Shown: positions 56,074 through 64,000 of the stretch, one piece after another
Numbering within the stretch: the stretch's first letter is position 1
Layout: each line of letters begins with the position of its first letter
NCBI GenBank assembly: GCA_963695855.1
Contig: CAVOHZ010000002.1
Location: 32,001 to 96,000 of the forward strand
Source: an uncultured Nitrososphaerales archaeon
GTDB taxonomy: Archaea; Thermoproteota; Nitrososphaeria; Nitrososphaerales; Nitrososphaeraceae
Length of the DNA stretch: 64,000 nucleotides
Direction: 5' to 3'
Notes under the pieces: generated by a model
The model's database searches: none
What the model was told of the DNA's origin: nothing
What the model saw: only the letters and a program-made list of their open reading frames with translations
Program-made: the position numbers and the translations under genes

Positions 56074-56415
56074 ATGGCTAGATTACAAGTCAGAAATATC
56101 GTACTTGTATAGACGCATGCAATGAATGTCTTGAAACCTCAAAATTATGTGCTGTAAAATGTCTGTATGATGAGAATGTGAAACCGTTAGCGAACTGTGT
56201 GGAAAAATGTGTCACATGTTCCCATGCCTGTGTCACTGTATCATTGGTAACCTCTGGAGAAAGTCAATATTCAAAAAAAAGCTTGTGATTTGTGTGCAGA
56301 GATATGTAATGCATGTGTTACTGAATGTGAAAAACATCGTCAGCATATGAAACATTGCAAGCTATGTGCGGACTCCTGTCGTAGATGTGCAAAAGAATGT
56401 AGAAATATGAGTTAA
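56074..56415 (+). pseudogene. Four-helix-bundle Cys-rich copper-storage protein (Csp3/DUF326-like), frameshifted
   Basis: CIDACNEC...CA..C...C...C..C...C; +1 slip in A8 at 56273-56280; CDLCAEICNAC..ECEKH...HCKLCADSCRRCAKEC. Confidence 0.85.
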
Positions 56416-56556
56416 TCAATCCAAGTTTATTTGTTAGGTTTATGTTATAATAATTAGCTATTTAACTATTGTGTATATCATATCAATTCATTTAGAGCAA
56501 TCTTCATTTAATATAGATATAAAATTTTTTTATATTGGGTAGTCTAAAATAAAATA

Positions 56557-56844
56557 ATGATAAATAGGATACAATATATACTATTCATAGTAACAGTAAC
56601 AATGGTAATCTCATTATGTATTTGCAATGTCGCTGTTTCTGCGGCAATGACGGTCAATCCCCAAACCTTACAAGAAATAGAAAGTCATCTAACAGAAGTA
56701 CAGACAGCGTTAGGCAACAAGTATATTGAAGGTGCAAAAAGGCATTTGGATTTAGCAATGGAACTTTTAACTCAATTTACAAACAAAACTACCGGCCTGG
56801 AATCCTCACCTGGCATGGCCGTTAATACGACAAGCATAAGATAA
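56557..56844 (+). CDS. Small secreted helical protein
   Basis: Signal peptide; HL.EVQTAL.N...EGA..HLDLA. Confidence 0.6.
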   Translation: MINRIQYILFIVTVTMVISLCICNVAVSAAMTVNPQTLQEIESHLTEVQTALGNKYIEGAKRHLDLAMELLTQFTNKTTGLESSPGMAVNTTSIR

Positions 56845-57089
56845 TTAAATTACTTCTTGTATATTTTTTTAATAATAATAAATGTATAAGAAATTGTAAC
56901 TAAAAAATTTACTTAAAATAATGATAATTCTTTGAAGATTGCTACTTAGTTATTATTAGTTCATCTTCAATCTGAGAAAATTCCCTTCTATTTCATGACG
57001 TATGAATAAATATTTCAATATTAGAATTAGAGATAAATCGCAGATATGATAACAATAATAATAGCACTACTCTAAAAAAGAGCATAGAA

Positions 57090-57719
57090 TTGTTGGATGT
57101 TTTATCAGAAATAGAAAAGATAGCAAAAAAGAATTCCCTTCCGTCAATTGGTCCAATAAAAGGAAAAATCGTAGGAAAAGTTATCAAGAGATATAAACCT
57201 AAAAGGATTCTTGAGATTGGAACTCTGCATGGATATTCAGCTATTTTGATGGCAAATTTTGTATTAAAAACACATGATGATTATTATCATGATGAGGGCG
57301 ATGACGACCATCCTAAAGAAATTATCGTTACCTGTTTAGAAATAGACAAAAATCTTGGAAACATTGCAAAAAAGAATATTGAGAGAGCAGGATTATCAGA
57401 TAGAATAGATGTAATTACTGGTGATGCTATAAAGGTCATTCCAATGCTTGATAATAATCATTATAAATTTGACCTTGTCTTTTTAGATGCAGAAAAAAAC
57501 CAATATCTTTCATATCTTAGACTTTTAGAAGAAAATAATTTGCTGGAAAAGAAAGCAATAGTAGTTGCAGATAATGTTCTGATATATGAAAACGAGATGA
57601 GAGATTATTTGGACTACGTTAGAAATTCTGGTAGATATAATAGCTATACAACAGAAACTAGTTTAGAATTTAACAAAAATGTTAAAGATGCTCTTGAAAT
57701 AAGTATAAAACAAGATTAA
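57090..57719 (+). CDS. O-methyltransferase (caffeoyl-CoA OMT/YrrM-like)
   Basis: PSIGP.KG, ILEIGTLHGYSA, GDA, FDLVFLDAEK, VADNV. Confidence 0.9.
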   Translation: MLDVLSEIEKIAKKNSLPSIGPIKGKIVGKVIKRYKPKRILEIGTLHGYSAILMANFVLKTHDDYYHDEGDDDHPKEIIVTCLEIDKNLGNIAKKNIERAGLSDRIDVITGDAIKVIPMLDNNHYKFDLVFLDAEKNQYLSYLRLLEENNLLEKKAIVVADNVLIYENEMRDYLDYVRNSGRYNSYTTETSLEFNKNVKDALEISIKQD

Positions 57720-58071
57720 GGCTTAATCCGATTTGTTTAAATCAATCTAAGGGCAGCAATAGGTAGTACTATCCAGAGAATACTTTTGTGACTTTCTTAC
57801 ATATACTCTAAAAATTAAGACATCTGTTTTATCCGGTTCATTAGCTTCATCTTTGCTTTCTGAAGCCAACTATTTTACTCTAACACAGTTCAAGCTATTG
57901 GAAGAATAACTGGAACAATCAACGAAGCAGAGATTACGTATTTCCTAAATGTAAAATAAAAATTCAGATTATTCAGCAACAAAATTAATTATTTAATATA
58001 ATTAGATACTGATTATGATAATCTGTTATGACATTTTAAAATATAAAAATAATTGAAACAACGAATGAAAA

Positions 58072-58287
58072 TTACTTAATTGGTTTGTTCATTTCTTTAA
58101 TCTTTTTTTCTAATCCTCTTACCTGAATTCCTGCCCCTATGCTAACAAGAAGCATTCCAAAGAAAAATGCCATCCATACAAGATTAGCATACAAATCCAG
58201 TCCGTAAGGTAGAGTTATAGAATAAGCATAAGCCATAATTAGAAACAATACTGATATTATTGCAAGTATCCAGTAGCGCTTAGCCAT
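58072..58287 (-). CDS. Small two-TM membrane protein
   Basis: Two hydrophobic helices, basic tail. Confidence 0.6.
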   Translation of the reverse strand: MAKRYWILAIISVLFLIMAYAYSITLPYGLDLYANLVWMAFFFGMLLVSIGAGIQVRGLEKKIKEMNKPIK

Positions 58288-58423
58288 GATTGTTATTTCT
58301 GATTGTATTATATGTATATAATTTTCGTTCAGTTCAGAGCTCGAACCTGTCTACATTGGATTTCAGAAATAATATCTTATCTGCTTAATGTCTTTTAATA
58401 GTATATGAAGAATTTTTTAGGAT

Positions 58424-59117
58424 GATTACTGTACAATAGCAACCATCAATGAAAGCAAGAGTACCAATTATTTCAGTTTTGATGAAATCATACAAAGAAA
58501 AATACAGTGGATATTTAAAAAACAGGAAGAGTACAAAAGGAATAAACCAGAGATTAAGGAATATAGTTATTTACCACATTCTACACTTCCCTATTTAGGT
58601 AACAATTACGAAATAGAAATACGAAACGTAGATTCTTCTACCAATAATATTGAAAAAGTTAACATAGAAAACAACAAATTCCTTTTTTTATCTAAAAGAT
58701 ATATCTATAGAAGCGAATCAAAATAATCAATTGGAATTATATCAATTTGAAGATAGAGAAATTATAGGTAAAATTAAAATGTTATATGAAAGATGGCTTA
58801 ATGAGCAAGCTCAAATAATTTTTAAAGAAAAAATAAATGAATTTAGTAAAATTACTGAAGTTAGTCCTAAAGATTGGCAAATAAAGAAATTGAAAAATAG
58901 GTGGGGTAGTTTAACAAAGAATGAAAAAATAGTTTTAGATGTAAATCTAGTAATAGCACCATAAACATAGTCGATTACATTATTATACATGAACTATGTC
59001 ATCTTCGAATAGAAGGACATTCTCATCATTTCTGGAATTTGTTACATAAATTTGTACCGGACTATCAGAAAAAAATTGACTGGCTTAATAGAAAATATTG
59101 AAAGTTTGATATCTTGA
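58424..59117 (+). pseudogene. YgjP/DUF45 (M48-like) metallohydrolase, disrupted
   Basis: WIFKKQ, LPYLGNNY, KNRWGS, AP* then IVDYIIIHELCHL...HSHHFW. Confidence 0.85.
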
Positions 59118-59126
59118 ATAACAACA

Positions 59127-59537
59127 TCAGTTCAAAATATTATTGTAGAGTATTGAGTCAGTTACTTCAAAGAATCTTAACTTGCCAGGATAAGGAATTG
59201 GCTTCTTAAACATCTTTGCATTTCTAATCAAAAAACCGTATCTATAGCCTTCAAAATACTTGGTAACTACAGAAAAGTGTTTGTGTCTATCCCTTTCAAA
59301 TTCTTCTAGATTATTATATTCTTTAACATCATATAGAAAAACAGAACCTATTATAGCTCCTATTGTAAACTTGTTAGTATCCATATCGAGTCTTTCACAG
59401 GATTCAATATCGATATTTTTTGAAGCATGAATTAGAAATTTTCCTCGGAATGAAGTATCCCATTTCCTTAACTCTATTGTCTTTTCACCATGAGCTAAAA
59501 GGTCTGCAAAAGGTTGTTTTAAGGATAAACATTTCAT
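59127..59537 (-). CDS. ASCH domain protein
   Basis: CLSLKQPFA.L..HGEKTIELR.W...RG.FLIHAS, PIPYPGKL.FFEV. Confidence 0.9.
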   Translation of the reverse strand: MKCLSLKQPFADLLAHGEKTIELRKWDTSFRGKFLIHASKNIDIESCERLDMDTNKFTIGAIIGSVFLYDVKEYNNLEEFERDRHKHFSVVTKYFEGYRYGFLIRNAKMFKKPIPYPGKLRFFEVTDSILYNNILN

Positions 59538-59638
59538 GGCTTGATATAATACTATGAAATACTAAATTTATTTTATCTTTCTGTTTTATAATATTTTATT
59601 GACTAGATTATATAAATCAAAGATATAGAAATAGTTGA

Positions 59639-59941
59639 TTAGTCATCATCATCATCATCATCTTCTCCTTCAAATAACCATGGTTGACATACTTTTGGAT
59701 ATCTTAATGAATCATCGGGGTCATCGCATACATCATCTTCATAATATGTTCTCTTGTCTTTGTTCTCTATTTCGCATGCATCTTTTTTATCATTCCATTC
59801 TCCTCCATAATCTTTACAATACTCTTTAGGCTTGTTTTCTTTTCCTGCATATACATCATTTGTTAAGGATACAGATGTGACCATAGTTATCATAATTGAG
59901 ATAATCATTACAAATATTGATCCTTGCATGTTTATTATCAA
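59639..59941 (-). CDS. Small secreted Cys-containing protein with poly-Asp tail
   Basis: Signal peptide (VYA|), YCKDYGGEW...C, four Cys, D7 tail. Confidence 0.65.
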   Translation of the reverse strand: MIINMQGSIFVMIISIMITMVTSVSLTNDVYAGKENKPKEYCKDYGGEWNDKKDACEIENKDKRTYYEDDVCDDPDDSLRYPKVCQPWLFEGEDDDDDDD

Positions 59942-60219
59942 AATATCATATGATGGTATTAAAATTTGCTATCAAAGAAATGAAATTTGTTTTTTGTTTT
60001 GGGATTATATTTTTTGGTTATTCATATTAATTATTTTGAAGGAAGATGAATTTTTCCTGATAGTCCTAAAACTATATTTTATGATTTTAAGGGAATAGTG
60101 GACCCTAGAAAGAACCGAGTAGAAAGAACCTGGCCCGTCGCAAATAACACCGACAGCGGTGCAAAAATGGAAGTTTAATTTGAGTCCATTTTGAATAATA
60201 TTAAGATTAGATTTTCCAA

Positions 60220-61236
<1,017 letters not shown>

Positions 61237-61440
61237 TAATGGATATCTGATAGTCTATCATAAATAATTTTCTGTATGTATATATGTACCTACAATATAT
61301 TTCAACAATTAAATGATATAAATATATAGTATAAAAATATCAATAAAAAAATTGCATTTTTTATTGGAAAAATAAAACATAAAGAATTACAAAAAAATAA
61401 AAAATTTATAGAAAAATATATAAAATCAAAAAAAGATAAT

Positions 61441-62174
61441 GGTGCTGTTAACTTAAGGAAAGAGCTATATCTGTGAACGCTCTATTCTAACAATATAGAT
61501 GTTGTTAAGATTTGTCAGAAATAGAACATCCACATGTATAGTAATGCATTCTCTTTATTTGTACTTTCTTGGTCTCAGTCTACGAAATACATCCAAAGCA
61601 TTGGAACCTTTTAAGGACCAAAAAAGAAGTTATGTTGCTGTTTGGAAATGGATTCAACGGTTTGGTTCATTGTTGCAGATCTATAACAAGCATAGAAGAA
61701 TTTCCGCATTCATAATCGATGAGACAATGATTCAGATTGGTAATCAACATTTTTGGTTATGGATTTGTATTGAACCTGTTCATAAATCTATACTTGGGAT
61801 CTATATTTCAGAAGAGAGAAACATGCTTGTAGCAGAAAATTTTATCAGATCGCTTGTATCAAGGTATGGAAAACATACTGTATACACAGATGATGGTGGT
61901 GGTACGTGGTATCCACAAGCATGCAACTTTTTAAATCTAAAACACGTATCGCATTCACCATTTGAGAAAAGTCTGATAGAAAGAGTGATGCAGTATTTCA
62001 AGGATAGGACAGAATGTTTTGATGATTGCTATCCTTGTAATAATAATATACAAAATTGTCATCTACAACATGTATACAATTGGATAAGATTATTCGTTTA
62101 TCTATATAATGCAAAAATTAGAAACAAAATTCTATTCAAAATTGGAGATGAAATAGTGTTAAGTTAACACAGTC
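61441..62174 (+). mobile_element. IS6-family insertion sequence
   Basis: Ends GGTGCTGTTAACTTAA / TTAAGTTAACACAGTC; flanking GATAAT direct repeat. Confidence 0.85.
61499..62167 (+). CDS. IS6-family (DDE, IS240-like) transposase
   Basis: [43 protein letters not shown]. Confidence 0.9.
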   Translation: MLLRFVRNRTSTCIVMHSLYLYFLGLSLRNTSKALEPFKDQKRSYVAVWKWIQRFGSLLQIYNKHRRISAFIIDETMIQIGNQHFWLWICIEPVHKSILGIYISEERNMLVAENFIRSLVSRYGKHTVYTDDGGGTWYPQACNFLNLKHVSHSPFEKSLIERVMQYFKDRTECFDDCYPCNNNIQNCHLQHVYNWIRLFVYLYNAKIRNKILFKIGDEIVLS

Positions 62175-62351
62175 GATAATATTGTCACTAATAATGAGAT
62201 ATTTCCAAAATTTCTAAATTATTCTTTTGAAGCGATGTTTAAAGAAATGAAGAAAGATGAAATATCATTTAGAAATAGCTACAAACCAATATTAATGAAT
62301 CATAAGCTTTATTATCTAGAACAAAATAAGTTGTCGACCAACAAATAGATT

Positions 62352-62564
62352 TTGACTAAAGACCTAGATAAGAATAAGATTAAAGAATTATCTCAACAAT
62401 ATACTCGGAGATATGTGACCAATTTAAATAGAGAACAACTAAATATGATATACATAGATGGTTTCCTTAGGTATTGTGAATTTCTTCGTATTTCACAAGA
62501 GTTAAATCGTCCATTGTCGATTAAAGACTGTATCACGTTCAAATTTTTCTTGTTTCTTAATTAA
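62352..62564 (+). CDS. Hypothetical protein or fragment
   Basis: 70-aa TTG ORF downstream of the IS. Confidence 0.3.
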   Translation: MTKDLDKNKIKELSQQYTRRYVTNLNREQLNMIYIDGFLRYCEFLRISQELNRPLSIKDCITFKFFLFLN

Positions 62565-62909
62565 TTGATTTATTTGCATCTTTTTCAATTAATTTGCCTT
62601 TAATTATATAGTATTTCTCTATATTCTTTTGTTGTAGTTCACTAATTCTTTTCGAAAGTTTATTTTCTTCATTAACCGTTAGTAAATCTATTTATACTCT
62701 TTACTTATTTTTTTTGAATTAAAAAAATTTTTTTATCCTTTATCTGTTACGACATCATATAACTCAATCTGATTTTTGCGGGTAGTAAATTGTTATAGAA
62801 GAATAAGCAATTAACTTTTTTATGTAAAACAATTTTCTGGTTATAACTAATAGAAAAATTAACTAGCTATGCATTTATATTTGAAAGGCCTTTTTAATTA
62901 CGAAGTAAA

Positions 62910-63113
62910 TTGATTCTAAGGATAGTCAGAAGTATCAAAGCTCACCTTCAAAGTAATTTAAAGGCTCCACATCCAACATTAGTAGCATTCGGTATCAGTG
63001 CTGCAATTACATTAGTAGTATTCGGTATATTCTACACGGCTGATACTGGAATTATGGGAATAGGAGTTGCTGAAGCCCCTACAAAATTCCATCCCTGCAA
63101 TGGTAGTTGCTGA
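62910..63113 (+). CDS. Small membrane/secreted peptide ending in a repeat-encoded Cys tail
   Basis: TM LVAFGISAAITLVVFGIFY; ends AEAPTKFHPCNGSC*. Confidence 0.55.
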   Translation: MILRIVRSIKAHLQSNLKAPHPTLVAFGISAAITLVVFGIFYTADTGIMGIGVAEAPTKFHPCNGSC

Positions 63114-63258
63114 AGCCCCTACAAAATTCCATCCCTGCAATGGTAGTTGCTGAAGCCCCTACAAAATTCCATCCCTGCAATGGTAGTTGCTGAAGCCCCT
63201 ACAAAATTCCATCCCTGCAATGGTAGTTGCTGAAGCCCCTACAAAATTCCATCCCTGC
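63065..63258. repeat. Perfect 40-bp tandem repeat, about 4.8 copies
   Basis: AGTTGCTGAAGCCCCTACAAAATTCCATCCCTGCAATGGT, period 40, no spacers. Confidence 0.97.
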
Positions 63259-63356
63259 TGTTAAGTTAAGGAAATAGATTTAGCTATGCATATTCTCTTC
63301 TAATAAATGCCTGTTAAAGTTCTTAGAAATAGAACATCCACCTTTATAGTAATGTA
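63258..63356 (+). mobile_element. IS6 left end plus first transposase codons (remnant)
   Basis: CTGTTAAGTTAAGGAAA...AGAAATAGAACATCCAC.T.TATAGTAATG matches 61445-61546. Confidence 0.75.
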
Positions 63357-63509
63357 ATGGCAGAGAATAAAAATAATACAAATTTTATATAATTCCAATT
63401 TACAGACAATAAAAAGATATTTTTGTATGCAAGATTATAGATAATATATAACAATAAGGAAGCTGAATAAAATTTACATTTATTGTTGTTATTGTTATTG
63501 TTGTTATTG

Positions 63510-64000
63510 TTATTGTTGTTTTTGTTGTTGTGTTGTTTTATTACCCATAACCCTATTGAATTCATCTAATTCATCTTCATATAATATTTCAGTTAAATTA
63601 GGATTTATTTTTAAGGCCTTCTCGTAATATACTCTGGCTTCATCGTCTTTTCCCATATTAGCAAGTATAAAAGCCATAGTACTTTGCAAATTTTCATCCT
63701 TAGGATTATCTATAGCTGTTTTTTCTATAACTAAAAGTGCTTCTTCATTCTTTCCCATTTCAGCTAATGCTTCTGCCTTGTTATTTATTGCATAAACATC
63801 TGATGAATTCATAGATAGAACTCGGTCAAAATACGGTATGGCCTCTTCATTTTTTTCCAGTACCAATAAAGCACCTCCTTTGTTAATTAGAGCATAAACA
63901 TTTGATGAATTCATATGGAGTAGTTGGTCAAAATATTGTATCGCCTCGTCATTTTTTTGCAATCCCAATAAAGCAAGACCTTTGTTATTTAAAGCCTTTA
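63510..64000 (-). CDS. TPR-repeat protein, 5'-truncated by window edge
   Basis: AL.NKG.AL..L.KN.EAI.YFD repeats. Confidence 0.88.
   Translation of the reverse strand, partial: KALNNKGLALLGLQKNDEAIQYFDQLLHMNSSNVYALINKGGALLVLEKNEEAIPYFDRVLSMNSSDVYAINNKAEALAEMGKNEEALLVIEKTAIDNPKDENLQSTMAFILANMGKDDEARVYYEKALKINPNLTEILYEDELDEFNRVMGNKTTQQQKQQ

Noticed and set aside
60098-60195. GC-richer intergenic patch with hairpins (CACCG-ACAG-CGGTG) as a possible ncRNA
   Set aside because: No recognisable RNA family; it reads equally well as a protein-coding fragment
63065-63258. Possible CRISPR array (40-bp period)
   Set aside because: Entire period is identical, so there are no unique spacers
63344-63565. 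Asn-rich 73-aa ORF
   Set aside because: Produced by an AAC/AAT microsatellite overlapping the TPR gene end

Overview
AT-rich chromosomal segment of an ammonia-oxidising archaeon. The amoA N-terminus (MVWLRRTTHY) and gene content point to Nitrososphaeraceae; this assignment is inferred. About 1-41 kb is mostly core genome: ThiF/MoeB, HIT, ilvD, ferredoxin, adk-Lsm-tgtA, leuCD, psmB, rps15-DHH-pcc1-serS, korAB, amoA/amoX/amoB plus probable amoY/amoZ (no amoC in the window), pdxST, a two-intron tRNA-Leu(TAA), mqnDEC, HMG-CoA synthase, mscL, a TFE-beta-like gene and copD. It is interrupted by two IS5-like elements and two copies of a non-autonomous IS6-derived element. About 41.5-64 kb is accessory and full of IS remnants and pseudogenes. 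The most striking feature is a kdp locus with two full-length kdpA paralogues and a single kdpB/kdpC. The paralogues are nearly identical at their ends but differ in all four selectivity-filter loops (TETSLQ vs TNTNIQ, GNNGGG vs GMNGGG, GTGA vs NTGA, NTGS vs NNGS). The locus also has an unannotated KdpF-like microprotein and flanking att-like repeats. Next to it is a copper-handling cluster: an HTH-TRASH regulator, an unannotated YHS chaperone, Met-rich secreted proteins and a broken Csp3-like gene, with a shared TTTACA-NN-TGTAAA palindrome upstream of the regulator and chaperone. All calls come from reading motifs by eye; no searches were run.
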